Shown: positions 38,466 through 51,546 of the stretch, in pieces
Layout of the letters: every line of letters begins with the position of its first letter
Position numbering within the stretch: the stretch's first letter is position 1
From: Amphiscolops sp. MND2022
Lineage: Eukaryota
Length of the DNA: 64,000 nucleotides
NCBI GenBank assembly: GCA_964187785.1
Contig: OZ076409.1
Location: 29,762,001 to 29,826,000 of the forward strand
Direction: 5' to 3'
Translations under genes and position numbers: made by a program
Notes under the pieces: model-generated
Told to the model about the DNA's origin: nothing
Databases searched by the model: none
What the model saw: the letters and a program-made list of their open reading frames with translations, nothing else

Positions 38466-40424
38466 TGAAACTTACAACTCAAAACACTTAGAAACTTTGT
38501 CAAGATTTTAGTTGGAAAATTTACAAGTTTCACCAGAAATATGGCGTCACCAAAAAGGACCACCCCCCCCGTCCCGATAAACCACTCATTCAATCACCTT
38601 CAAACTTGGCACACGTATAGTAGTGGTGCTATCCTAACTTTTCACTAGGAACAACCAACCCCGTATCTCCCCTGGGTTCCCAGCTATTAACACCCAAAGT
38701 GACCTAGGTCGGACCCCATGAATTACCCAATTTTGATGTATTAACTATTATGTGATTTTCTCATATGACCTTGAAGGAAATGTAACTCTGTTGCAATTAA
38801 TGATGTTTACATTGTGTAAACATACTTTCTAACCCACCTGATCAACATGCCAAAACCACCACATTCTTTGTTTACATAGCCAATAACTTTATATTATGCT
38901 TTGAATGTCATTTATTTATACAACATATTTCAACTGATATTTGCCTATATTTACTGTAGAATTGTAAACCAAATGTATACCATTATTAGATACAGATTTT
39001 CTCCACTGTATAGCTATAGTCAAGTTGGGTCTCAGGACCGCGAGACTAATTAATCAACTTCTCAATCTTCACAACTTTTCGCTAGAGTCAGAGCGACTAA
39101 GTAGCTACTCTCATAGTTGGAGAGCGGGAGCGCGTGAAGATACAGTGAGGGAAGTGTGTGCAGGATCACATCGGATCCAATCCAGTGCAAAGCGGAATCG
39201 CAGGAGATTCCACGGGTCACATCGGACCCATCGAGCCAAAAGATACAGTCCTTTAAAACACGAAAAGACAAGGAATTGTTTAGTAAAGGTCCACGGTACT
39301 AAGCAACGGATCAGGGCGGCGTAAAGCTTGTCAAGCCTCAGCGCAGGATAAGGGCAAGCAGCCGTTACACACAGGTTATTTTTTGAGATGAGCGAATAGT
39401 GAGTTTTTTTTTCAAAAAAACTTCCTTGAACCCATATATTTTGCCGGGCGCTGACTTGGGCCGTTCTCGGTTTGTTTCTACATTCATCATTGTGGTTCCT
39501 CAATTCCTTTCAATAGGTTTTTTTCTCGACGTCAGTGCTTTTTGGCTGTTTTTGAACTTTACAAGGATGTTCAGCAAAACCTTTAAATGTGACATCCAGC
39601 AAGGGGAGCACATACTAGAGCTGGGACGATGCTTAGATTGTCAAGGCAGGAAACAAAAGTTCTACAGAAAGTTAAAAACCAGTTTTCAACCCAAAAAGTG
39701 GTCTTCTAGGAGACTTTTGACACGTCGAAGAGACTCCTCATTTTAGAGCTCCGATGTGACTTGCTGGTACACTGCAAGTCCAGACACGTTCTTCAAGCAC
39801 ATAAAAACGTATTTTCAGTGTACTTGAGACATCCTACACACTTCCGAATTAATTAGTTGAGATAAATTTTATTGACTAAATTAGGTGGACGTTACATCAA
39901 GATGTTCGGGTACCAAAAACATCCAAGTTGGAACCCTGAAAGCTTGAAAAGCATTTTTTGCAATTAAAAAATCCAAAATACAAAAGGATAAAAGAAAACT
40001 TTCCGGGAAAATGACACAGCCGAACAGATCTCAGGGAAGCCTTTAAGGCGACATTCATTAATCGATGATATCGCAAATAACACAATAAGACGCTCTGATG
40101 AAATTTTAAAAATCTGTGAAGCCGCACATCACCAACAACAACCTCTTCTCTCGCAAATGCTTTTATAGTATACAATAGTGTGAAGCAATGTAGAAAATTG
40201 AATGCGACGTCGACTTGCTAACTTTAGACACATTCCACCAACAGGCATTATCAAGCATTCTTGGAGAAATTTTTAAAAAGCGCCATTTGTTTACATCTGC
40301 TAGGGTAGGCGATTGAGGACCGTTGGACCGTAGACCGTAGATTGTACTTAAGGGCAGTAAAATGCATTTCTAAGAAGAGCCAATACTGCATAATAATTTT
40401 TTTCAGAAATAAAATTCATATAGA

Positions 40425-41146
40425 CCCGGGTTGACCCTCTTACTAATTCTTGGCTGTCTTGGCAAGATCTTACCAACTTCTGACGAAAATTCGAATAATT
40501 CCTCACCTGTTTAAGACTGAGAAATCCGAATGTACCAACAGAACGTTCATCTCAAGGACTTTTTGTAAAAAAACTTGTAGCATATCACTCCTATCGATTC
40601 CAGAGACGGAGAAAAATGGTCTCAAACGTCCAAAGCCACTATCGGAAAGTTACACTGGGAACAGTGAGAAATCCGGAAATTTTTTGTATATTCATATATC
40701 CGTCTTTCTTTGAGCCTCTTTTGGCAGCCCTATTACTGCTGGAAACGGCGGTCGATCATTGCCTGGTTTGGGTAATGATGCAGCCCGAGGTTTTTCTGAC
40801 GCCGTTGTGGCGACGGTTTTGCAACTGATAGAACAATTGAATAAGTGCATCCCTAAATAAACAGCTTAAGGACTCTTCAATCAAATTTTAGACCTTGGTA
40901 ACATAAAAGCTTAATGTCTAACAATATAAATCTGCATTTTGTTGACTTCCTTCCAGATTTTTTTCTGGCCAAACAGGATTTTGCAATAAAAGTTTTCTTG
41001 GGAACATGTCTCTCTTGATAAGATCTTACCATGACATCTTGCAATTCTTGGCAATATCTTGGCAAGATCCTAGCTAAGATTTTTCCAAAATCTTGGCAAG
41101 ATCTTGCCAAGATCTTACTAAGATATCCATGGAGGGTCGACCCGGG
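40425..41146. mobile_element. MITE / non-autonomous CACTA(CMC)-like DNA transposon
   Basis: 15-bp TIRs CCCGGGTTGACCCTC and GAGGGTCGACCCGGG (1 mismatch), GA flanking both sides (candidate 2-bp TSD), and subterminal TCTTG(G/C)CAAGA repeats. Confidence 0.75.
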
Positions 41147-41265
41147 GACGTTTAATTTTAAAATCTGTCTTTGTTAATCGATTTTAGACTGGTAAAATGT
41201 GTAGCATCAGCGCTGGTTATGCAAAGTTATACGAACATTATCTGGGTCAAGGAAATGTTAACTGT

Positions 41266-41900
41266 AACAAGCCGAGAACGGCCAAAGTCGGCGCTATATC
41301 TAAGGCTCAAAAAATGCCAAATTTTCAAAATATGCTCATGACGTTTTTTATGAAAAATTCACAAAAAAGTTTCATCCAAAGGAAGCCTTACGTGCTGGGA
41401 AAACGCTTCAGAAGTTCGGATATAGCGGCTGGGACAAATGCAAGAACTTGTTTTCGAACCTCCGCCTCCTCCTCAGTGAAACGGAATATACTTCGGAAAT
41501 AACGTCAAAAATTCGGATATAGCGCTTTACTCCGGATATTACGTTCAAATTTCGGATAGTTTTGAAAAAAAAAATATTGGTGGATATGTATTGAGAAATC
41601 TAATGTCAGATGAAAAGGACAATTTTGAACTGTCTCATAGTGCCGAAAAATCTGAAAGGGGGCCCCTTTGGGGTTTCCAAACATCTATTATGTTCCAAAA
41701 TATCAAAAAAATTGAAGGGGGACCCTTTGGTACAATCAAAAATCGAAAAAAGTCTTATAGTGCCAAAAAAATTCAAGTTAAAAACACGCAGATAGCTAAA
41801 GTGGGGATCCTTAGTTGTTTTCAAGGTTCTGGACGTCGGTTTTATAATTTTGGATGAGGTTCTAAGGTTTGCGGTATGTTTTGATATGTTTTTCCAAAAT
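41266..41900 (-). mobile_element. HINE/DINE-1-like element, copy E (inverted, one end unclear)
   Basis: AACAAGCCGAGAACGGCCAAAGTCGGCGCTATATCTAAGGCTCAA matches copy B. Internal repeats are the reverse complement of those at 21500-21660. Confidence 0.6.
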
Positions 41901-42654
41901 TCAGAAGTATGCACTGTCATCCTCCATCCGTGCACATCATTTGCCTCTCAACTACTACGAAGACGAAGCCGTAAAATGGACAGCTGGCATTGAGTGTTCA
42001 GCTAAATCATCGAGAAGCGAAATAAAATTATCACGGGGATGTAATGAAAAAAAAATTGGAGTCTTTGGATATTCGAGAGAGGTAATAGCCTTCGATGGAT
42101 TGAAAACTTTTGTTACAAAAGATGGCCACCAGACATTTGTTATTTTTGAAATCTCTAATCGCTGTGCCCCATTCTATTGGAAAGTTTTTGTTAACAGCGG
42201 GCAATCTGATGATTTTTTTCGGAGCAGATTTCAAACGTTATTAGTGAAATCCGCGAAAACAATATTGAGCCACTTGCCATTATTGCCGACAATGGCAGTT
42301 CAAGCCAAGCTGCCATTAAGCAATTCTGTGAAGATGATAAGAAAATTGCAAGTTACGATGCGGAAAACAAATGGTGGATTTTATTATTTTCCGCCCATAT
42401 TCCATATGGGAAAGGAAAATATTTAAATCAAACGGTTTTTTTTACAAAATTTGCCAAGCACCAAATTTATATTTAACTTTAAGGGTGTCACCCATAGAAT
42501 TCAACTCACTTAAGTTTAACTTCTTGCGATTTGTGTTATTGGAGATTTCTGGACTTTTTTAGTTGACCCCAAGGACCCCAGAACGACCAAAAACACCCCA
42601 AAAATGAGAAAATCTGCAAAAATTTCCAATTTTTGACGTTTCAATGCATTTTTT

Positions 42655-43230
42655 CGATAGATATCGTGGATTAGAATGTTGAAAACATTCAAAACGGCGC
42701 AAACTCGTTGTCCAGTAGGCTTCTATGGAGTGATAAATGCTGTTTTCGAATTGAAAAAGGTCTCAAATGAAAAGCGAAATCGTTGAAAAACCGAAAGATA
42801 ACAGATGTTTATCGTTTTTATGCACTTTTTTAACAAACTTTCGGGAGACTTCGTGGATTAGAATGTTGGAAACGCTCAACATGGCCCAAATTTTTTATCC
42901 AGTAGGCATTTATGAAGAGGTATTTGCAGTATTCTGAATGAAAACAATTAACACCAAAAAGGACAAAACACACGAAATTTTCCAAATTTCAAAGTTTTTT
43001 CCATTTTTAATAAGTTTTTGAAAGACTTCGTGAATTGAAAAGGGTAAACAAGGAAAACATGTGTTGTCCAGTATGCTTAGTGAAGAGATACATGCAGTTT
43101 TTTAAGTGAATATTGTCTGGAACCGTCATGGAAAAACACAAAACATCGAAATTTTTACTAGTTTCAACATCTTCGATCACATTTTTTCAAACGATCGATA
43201 GACTTCGTGGACGAGATTGTTCAAACCCCT
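42655..43230 (+). repeat. Degenerate tandem repeat with ~177-187-bp period
   Basis: Core (GACT)TCGTGGATTAGAATGTT, usually followed by TCCAGTA(G/T)GC, recurs at 42664, 42851, 43028 and 43205, and again at 44460. Confidence 0.7.
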
Positions 43231-46200
43231 TAATCTAGAGAAAAATTGTTGTTTCGGTGAGCTTTCGTCAAGAGAAAAGTTCAATTTGTAAAAGAGAAAG
43301 GCCTGAGATTGACCCTGAAAATGTCGAATGAGTTTGTTTTTTCCTTTTGTTGCAATATCTGTACGCTTTCCGAGAGATTCCGTTCTAAATTCCAACACAA
43401 TAAAAAACAAAAAAAACAAGAAAACGAGCTATGCATTTTTTGAGGAGAACTTAGCAGCGTTTTGCTTCAAAAACACTTCAGAATGACTCAAAGAGAGTCA
43501 AAAATCTGAGCAAATTCCCTTTTATGCAACTTTCTTGTACTTTTCCAATTGTTTTTTGAGTCAAAATGTTGGCAAACGTTCAACAGAGATTGAATTCATA
43601 ATCCGTTAGGCTTTTGGAAAAATATTTGCAGACTTTGGTTAAAAAATGACTCAAAATTGAGTGCAGTAAGTTGAAACTTTCGAAATTTTTACTAATTTCC
43701 GACATTTTCAGTGAATTTTTCTGAGATTGTGAAGTTTTGGTAAGATAGAAGCTTCGAAAAGCTCCAGATGATAAAATTAGATCCACAGCACGTTTTTCGA
43801 AGAGAAATTTGCATATTTATTGAAGAAAGATTCCTCAGAATGCAAAAACAGAAAATTCGAGTTTTTTCACAATTCTCGGCAGCTTTTGTACATTTATTGG
43901 ACTACTTCCTGGCGTAAAATGGTGTAAGAAACTCAACAATGAAAAATCTTGGTATCCAGAAGGCACTTTCGAAGACATAACAGCAGTTTTTGTTGGAATT
44001 GCCCCCGAACAACCCAATATCAATGAAACAACAAAAAAGCAGGTTTTTTTGACAAACTGAACCCAATTTTTGTTCAAACTACAAACGTTATTACAGGAAA
44101 GAAGTTCCACTGGCCTGACCGTTGAAACAATAGGGTTTCCAAAACGCAATTTGCGAAAAAAGTGCATGAAGTGCGTCGAGTTTACAACAAAGGTGTCAAA
44201 ACTGCCGAATATTCTCAATTTTCGTCTACGTAGTCCCAATTTTGGATTCTTTTCGGAAATTTACTTCAATCACAATTGAAACATGTAGCTACCATTAGTG
44301 CCAAGTAGAATATCAGCCAAGTTTAATCGCACAACATTCAAAAACTTCACTTGAAAACGTAAATTTCGACATTATTCGTCAAGTATTCGATATTCAATAA
44401 ACTCTAAGCAAATTCACCAAATATGGAGTACACCTTCAAATGAAACTTTTCGAGCTACTTCGTGGGTTAGAATGATGTAAACCTTCAACAACAACCAAAC
44501 ACGGTGTCCAGTATGCTTATTTTGGTAGAAACATCTGTAGAAGACTTGAAATTGCCCCCAAAGTTGTCCAAATTATTTCCAAACTTTGACACTCCTGGTG
44601 AAACAGTGTGCGAAATTATAACAATCGGGACCGCCCAAGTTTCCTAGACTTACGAAGGACCTAGTTTCAAGCTTCTACCATTTTCTCAGTGCCAAAAATT
44701 ACGTCAAGAAATACTTCTGAGACTCGGAAACTTTTTCCCCAACAGAAATCACAAATTATCCAATTTTGTGAATTTTTTTCGAATAGCGAAACAAATTTCA
44801 GCTCGCAAAACTGCTTTTCTTAAACCGAAATCAGCTATGAAGGCAAGGGGGTACCCTTTGACCAAATGAAAGTTTCGGAAAGACGCACAGAGCCGGAAAA
44901 ACTGAACTGAAGTATTTCTCATCATTTCCACATGATCAAAAGTAACGAAGAGGTCACTCTGAAGACTCGGGAAACTTATTTCCTTTACAGAAATCCTCAA
45001 AAACTAAAATTTTTGAAAAATGTATTCAGAAAATTGTCAAAAATGAAAAATTAGGTGTCTCCTTAAAAATGAGCTGAGATGAATCAAAGCTCTTTTCTTC
45101 GAACTTCTTTGCGTTTTCATAGTGCACTGGTTATTCTTGAGCCTCAAATTTATCTAGTTTTAGAACCGTTCGGGGCGGAAAATATGTCGCTGCTCAGCGA
45201 GCGTCTTGTTTGTAAATTCAATCGAATCTGTGCCCATACTCGCAACAGCAGACAAGTTTTGCTGAAATACAAAGAAAAGGGAATTATTGGCCGCTTTATG
45301 GATACTCGATGGAAAAGTAACTTTGATCGCATACAATAATTATCAGAAAACTCGTATAATTGCTGCTGGGAAGATCAGTGAAGATTGTACTCGAGAAAAT
45401 TTGCAAAAAAACTCAACATCTGTGTTGCAACCTGTGATTTCTTTGCTCAACAGAGTTCAAACGGATACGTGCAATTGGGCAATTCTGCATTTCGAGCTGC
45501 TTTCTATTTCATCAAACGCTTCTGAGCTTGGTTACTAGGACCTGAATTTGGTAATTGATACGTTTCTGCCATGTGTTGAAATTTGTTTTTACGATTTTGC
45601 GTTGTGTTTTCGATGGAAACATTGAAAATTTGCTGAAGAAACGATTGAACGGTTCCTGTAAGGGTTTTTTCTTCTTTGCGAAAAACGCTGATGGAAGAAG
45701 ACAATAATGCATATTACTTGATGTTTACTTACATGACGCATAACTGGGATACAGCGTCACTTAACTCTGCATATAAGTTTTCAAATCTTTTTAAACTAGG
45801 TTAACATTAAAGTGTCGTCATAGCGATGATAAAATACATACAATGATGAATGAACTCTAGTTGTCTACAAACGCTTAATAGAGAACCGTTCGCCAAACAG
45901 AAAGCGGTTGAACCTTTTGCAGTCTACTTTTTTTGAAACTAACTTTTTCTAGATATTTATTTCCTTGAAGACACCCACAACTGTGTTTAAAAACTTTTCG
46001 AGCTTTTTAAGACTTTTGAAACTGAGTTCATTCTGAAGTTTGTTCATTAAATAATTTTGTGCACTGTGTTCAAACATTTCCAATTATAGTTGGTTAATTT
46101 TAGGCTTGTAATGCTCTCTGCTTGAATCATGAAAATCGTTAGGACGACTAGTTTTAAATATAATTATTTTGTTCTTAAAACGTTTCATTCATTCTGAGCT

Positions 46201-47789
46201 TGAAGTATATTATCTATCTATAAACGCCATTAAATCTTCTTATTTGAGAAGTCATACATAGTCTTGTCAAACGTTACCAACTCTGTCTGTGGACGTGAGA
46301 TATCACATTTTAGCCCGATTTTATAAAAAAATCCGATCACCCCAAAAGGAGACATGATCATTTTGTTTGCTCAAGGCAAGACTTATCGGTGATGTTACTA
46401 GAAGGAGTCGGAAGCGTGCACATAACTCATTTTATCTTTGGTTTCATCAATAAAGAAAATTTGAGAGTTTTTGGCGAGAAATCAGGTCTTTGAATACATT
46501 TAATTCTGTTGTAATAATACTATTGATATAGTTACTTAAGTGTACTCTTGAAATTTGATTGAAGTGTCGCGTTGAACTTGGAGTTGTTCGAAGTACTGTA
46601 TAACCTTGTGTCAAACTCAGAATAGTGGCAATACTCTCGTGCCCTTGGCTTAACCATGTTTCTAGCGGAGAGAATAGTGTTGGGTTATTACTCATGTTAG
46701 TAAATATGCTTTTGTAGATCTCGAGAAATGAGAACGCGATTTTCATGCCGTAGTTTCTTTGTTTGACGTGCTCCATTGACTCAAGCCTATTAGAATTAGA
46801 GATAAGGTCTCAATCTCCAGAACCAACTCTCAACACCACACCACCTTTGCTATTTTCAGTCGCTCAAATATGTCTACAATGTGATGCTCTATAGCGTCTG
46901 GCTTCTAAGTGAGTCGGGGGGTCGAAATTTTTGAAATGCCTAAGTTAAAAGTAGTCACGTGACACACACGTTCATTAAACCTAAATTCGTACCTTGCAAC
47001 AATTGTAATACCATGGAAGTTGATTAGAGGCTTACAAGGTTCTGGCGAAAATGAGCGTTTTTGAAGAGCTCTTGTGAACAAAAGATACTTCGCAGGAAAA
47101 CTTGTAAGGTCAATTTTGTTGAGCTGAAGGTAGGTTGCGCTTTTGTCCCTCAAAAAACAATACAGTGGCATTTACGAGGAATAATACTATTGCAACAACC
47201 TTTTCAACCAAAACAACAACAAACCAAAACTTGCCATCCTCAATTTTGCAGTCAGCTGTCAAAATCATATATTTTATCGCAGAGATTTTCATTAAGAACA
47301 ACGATAAGCGCATTGAATTTGACGGTTTGATTTGGAAACAATAGCGTAGTCAAATTCGGTTTTTATGTTTCTAGAATGTTTAATCTCTGAACATTGTAGT
47401 CTCAAATTTTTCAATCTTTTTCAACCTGGGAGTAATCTTAGAGCTAATTTTGTCAGGTCAATTGAAGCTAAGTCGACGCCTTATTTGACCATTTATCGTC
47501 TAATTTTCCTGCATTTAATTAGTCTGTGATCTCTGATGTGCCTGAGAAGCAGTTTTCCCTTCTTTGGGTGCGTCAATAGAGTTCTTTGAATCGGAGGAAA
47601 CATCTGAATAGCCCGGAAGGACATCATTATTTGCTACGCATCAGGAGTGCATTAACTCCAGGGCAGTTTCAAATCTGCAAGATTTGGGTGGATTGGATTT
47701 ATGTTGATTTTGTCTTAAAAGAGCTTAAGCAGCTAAAGTTACTTCAACTTTGCTTCTGCACGTTTCCTATTTAGTTTGTTTTTACTTAG

Positions 47790-48124
47790 AGAAGCAAGCC
47801 GCTACCTTCCTCGCGAGTACCGGTATCGGTTCAAGCACCAGTGATGGACTATTTTCACGACAACAAAGGGGGAACTTCAAAGAATGGGCTGCTGTTTGAA
47901 AAGGCATTTGGGACAAAAGAGCTCGCTGCTGAACAGAAGTACTGTTACCTTGCAAAAAACAATCTAAACTCGCAATTTGCAATGGAATTTAGCGATATGA
48001 GAAACGAGAGCAGGCCAGTCGATCTGTCTCCCCGCTTCAATGCCTGTCACACACCCTCATTAGCACCCTCCTATTATTCTCCCGTCGGCACTGGTAATAG
48101 CTGTATGGAATCTACCACCTGCAG
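47790..48124 (+). CDS. Probable host-gene coding exon (cytoplasmic N-terminal region of an unknown protein)
   Basis: Acceptor TTTTTACTTAG| and donor CAG|GT, with an open frame and higher GC than the flanks. It ends in phase 2, matching the next exon. Confidence 0.55.
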
Positions 48125-48665
48125 GTTTCCATTTCATTTTTACTGATTATAATCCTTGATTAATCCATATACAACATTCTTCTAGTAGATAATTTGGTGC
48201 ATTTCAAGGACAAGACCAACAATAACTTTCTAATTGAAACAATTTGTTATTTTTCAAACCAAATCAAGCCTTTGTTCTAATTCATTAAAAATTCGAAACA
48301 ACTTTTCAGTCGAACACATACCGTTTCTTTGAAAAATATACTTTTTCCTTTTTATTACATTTCCGCAGAATTGAAGAAAAGCTACGTATTTAAAAATATT
48401 GGAATCAGGTTGTAATTCTGAAGGATTATTTCTGTTGAGTTGAAATACTCACAATCAAAATGCAAAACTAACCGCCTTCTTATGGCCTTCCCTAATAGTT
48501 TCGCAGATGCATTTGGGCACTATAATTATGGTGGAAAAAGAAAAGCATTGCATTGTTCGCAATTTGAAGATACTTGAAATTGATTCTAACAAAGCAAGTA
48601 GTTCTTGGAGAATGGAAACTTTATCCCTTTTTGAGGATCTATGAAGACTGTGTGTTTTTAAACAG

Positions 48666-48838
48666 GGATATGAATTTCATGCCCCCGGCAATCCCAGATT
48701 GCAAATCGAGAAGCGGAACTCTGAAGTCCTTTGGGGGAGAAGAGGAATTCATGAGTGATCCACCTCTGGAGAAAGATGACCCCGGCAGAAAGAAGTGGCG
48801 CAAGTTCACCTGCGCGCTTACTATCTCCATCATCACAG
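48666..48838 (+). CDS. Probable host-gene coding exon ending in the start of a transmembrane helix
   Basis: Acceptor TTTTTAAACAG| and donor CAG|GTATGC. The in-phase join gives ...STTCRDMNFMPPAIPD...DPGRKKWRKFTCALTISIIT. Confidence 0.6.
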
Positions 48839-49235
48839 GTATGCGGGTGAACCTATTTTAATTGCTCAAGATGATATTTATAAGCTATTTGTTTTCTTGC
48901 CCATAAATCTACTTGGAAAAAAAATTACAAATTGATCCGCGTTTTCCCATAACTTTACCATGTATTAATTATATACCTAAAAGATAGAGCTTGTTCCACA
49001 CGTACAACTACAAGTTCAAGTACTAAAAAGTTAGGTCCGTAGCATAAGTATTTGTGGAGCTTTATGAACACTATCTGAAAAATGCCGAGATGGTTTTTGG
49101 TTGATATTTAAAATTCACAAAATTGACATCAACGACAAAATAATCAGTATTCAGCACTCGTTTCAAGATGAGAAAGATAAGTTTCAAAAAGATAAGTTTT
49201 TGAATGAACAAAACTCAGAATCGCCAGAGAGATCT

Positions 49236-50082
49236 TTTTTTGTCGGCGCTTTTCTTTAAAAAAAGCGACTATAGTCATGGTTTTTGGTCTGTTTTTTTTC
49301 GATACAACTGAACTAGCCAAAGAAGTTCTACCAAAAGTTTTTCAATTTTGGCAAAGTCAGTCACTGCCACTTGGCCTGGCGGTTAAAGAGAATTTCCCCT
49401 TCTGATGGCGAGGTCTAAGAAGCAGGGGTACGTGGGTTCGAGTATAGCACTAAACCAATTTTTTTATGTTTCCAAAAACAGAGGAAGACCAAAGGTACCA
49501 CCTTTAGATTATTTTCGGCACTCTGTGACTTTTTCCATTTTTTTTTCAAATTTAAACTTTCTCCCACGATTTTTAGCAGAAACAAACCGTTTCAAAGTTC
49601 TTTGTTTTTTTTTGGTTTTCCGTGAATGAAACATGTTCCCGAGTCCTGAGGGTTACTTTGACCTTCTGGTTACCTCTTTGTTACTTTTTGATCCTGTGGA
49701 ACTGATGAATTTTCTTATTGATTGTGGAAAAGGCTTTTCCTACTTTTTCGGCTCTCTTCGTTTTTTTTCCAAAAACTTTTGATCAAAGGGTATCCCCCTC
49801 GCTTTCACAGCTAATTTCAGTTTGAGAAAAAGTTAGTATTGCAAGCTGGAAGCTTCTTTTTCGGCAATATGACTTTTCCAAGAAAGAAAAAATAATAATT
49901 TAAAAAAATGGATTCTTTTGTTTCCAGTTAACCAAACAGTGGCTTGCGAGTGTTATGCGTATCCCTTGAACCATTTTTCGGCACTGAGAAATTGATAACA
50001 GTGTAAACTAGTGTCCCTTACATATTCAAGAAACTTAAGTTTTTTGAAACTTGAGCGGGGCACCGATTTGGGCCGGCTTGTT
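49236..50082 (+). mobile_element. HINE/DINE-1-like element, copy F
   Basis: 5' TTTTTGTCGGCGCT...GCGACTATAG and 3' GGCACCGATTTGGGCCGGCTTGTT. Confidence 0.6.
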
Positions 50083-50279
50083 TTGTTTCTATTTGTTATC
50101 GCTTCATACAATTTCAGTAGATCATTTATTGTTTCTGTTTTCTGTGTACGCTGAAATATTGTGGAAGCTGTAAATTTAATTTTTAAAATAAACTTATGGG
50201 CCTTTTTGTGAGCCAATTTTGGTTGGTACTTCAAGTATTTAGTCAATTTATTCAATTCTGATGCAATGAAGCGAGCTAG

Positions 50280-50880
50280 TGTTAATTATTCATTCGAACG
50301 CCGAGTTCATTGAGATGAAGTGAATGAGTGTTAGTTATTCATATGCCGAGTTTATTAAGAAGCTTACGATTGTTTATCATTCGTACGCCGGGAGCTTCTC
50401 CTGCATTGAATTACGAATGCGAAACGTCATACGAAGGCGAACTCGTTTGTATTTTCTTCAGTAAGAAAAGAAACATAGGCCTTGTAAACTCGTACAGTGA
50501 TTAATCCTGCGCTATATAATGAATTAATAGGAGTGTATAATAAAAATTTTCCGTTCCCATATTTTATTGTGTAGGGGGAAGAAAATTATGATCTGTGTTG
50601 CGTTTGTTTACTGTACTGACCTACATTAATAACCAATAGTATTTAGATGTTTATAGAATGTTCTAGAATGTACATTTATTTGTTATTGAATGATTGTAAA
50701 TCTCTACTCCTTCAGAGAGAGAAAACTAATAACCAGTATTCAGTTGACTTCCTTTTTGTTCTACTCCTAACACCTCGGAATAGTTGTAATAAAGTAAGCT
50801 AGCTAGCCTGTCTCTCAGCCGCTTTTAGTAGTTGCGTATAAGACCATCAAAAACAATAACCAACCATTAAAAGCAGCACA
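50280..50880 (+). repeat. Putative 5' LTR of the env-Gypsy element
   Basis: TGT...ACA termini, TATA-like motifs at ~50512-50545 and AATAAA at ~50788, followed by PBS-like TGGTGCGAC at 50884. The partner LTR lies outside the window, so the left edge is unconfirmed. Confidence 0.6.
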
Positions 50881-51112
50881 ATTTGGTGCGACTTGTAAAA
50901 TTTTTCTTTTGCCTTTTCTCCTGGATGATTTCTCTTTTCTCAACAATCATACAAATACCACTCTCCATATTTGAAATTCTCTGGAATTGCAGTGAAATCT
51001 TTCTAGAATTTCTTGAAAGTTTGGCCTGTGACTTTCTAAATTTCATTAATAATTACATCATCGTTCGAAACACAATTTCTCCACTACAACAATCAACTTT
51101 AATATAACAAAT

Positions 51113-51546
51113 TTTCTTCAATACCGGTTTATCACGTTTTCTAACACGTTGACACGGTTCTTCTTCCTGTTCTTCTAGCCATACCGGTTTATCACGTTTT
51201 CCAATACGTTGAAACGGTTTCATTTCGGACTGATTTGTCCATTGTGACACAGTTCTGTTTTTCTTCTTTTTCCAGACTGATTTATCCAAAGTGACACAGT
51301 TCTGTTCTCCATACTGATTTATCACAGCTAATCCGGAAGCTTGTTGAAACAGTTCTCTGATGTTTGTCTGGTTTATCAAGGTTTTCTAACACCTTTGACA
51401 CAGCAACATTTGTCTGGTTTATCAAGGTTTTCTAACACCTTTGACACAGCAACATTTGTCTGGTTTATCAAGGTTTTCTAACACCTTTGACACAGCAACA
51501 TTTGTCTGGTTTATCAAGGTTTTCTAACACCTTTGACACAGCAACT
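51113..51546 (+). repeat. Leader repeat array: four near-identical 46-bp units (51363-51546) preceded by diverged ~50-60-bp relatives
   Basis: The unit is TTTGTCTGGTTTATCAAGGTTTTCTAACACCTTTGACACAGCAACA. Upstream units share GGTTTATCA.GTTTTC.AA.AC.TTGA.AC. Confidence 0.93.

Larger units (their letters stand above)
30762..39369 (+). mobile_element. BEL/Pao LTR retrotransposon, full length
   Basis: LTRs at 30762-31696 and 38414-39369 (TGT...ACA) differ by roughly 2% by eye plus a 21-bp indel. TSD CACAG at 30757-61 and 39370-74. PBS TGGTCCGCCGACCCGGA is tRNA-Tyr-like, and a purine tract precedes the 3' LTR. Confidence 0.97.

Noticed and set aside
51363..51546. 46-bp repeats as a CRISPR array
   Set aside because: The units are head-to-tail with no unique spacers, there are no cas genes, and the context is a eukaryotic retroelement.
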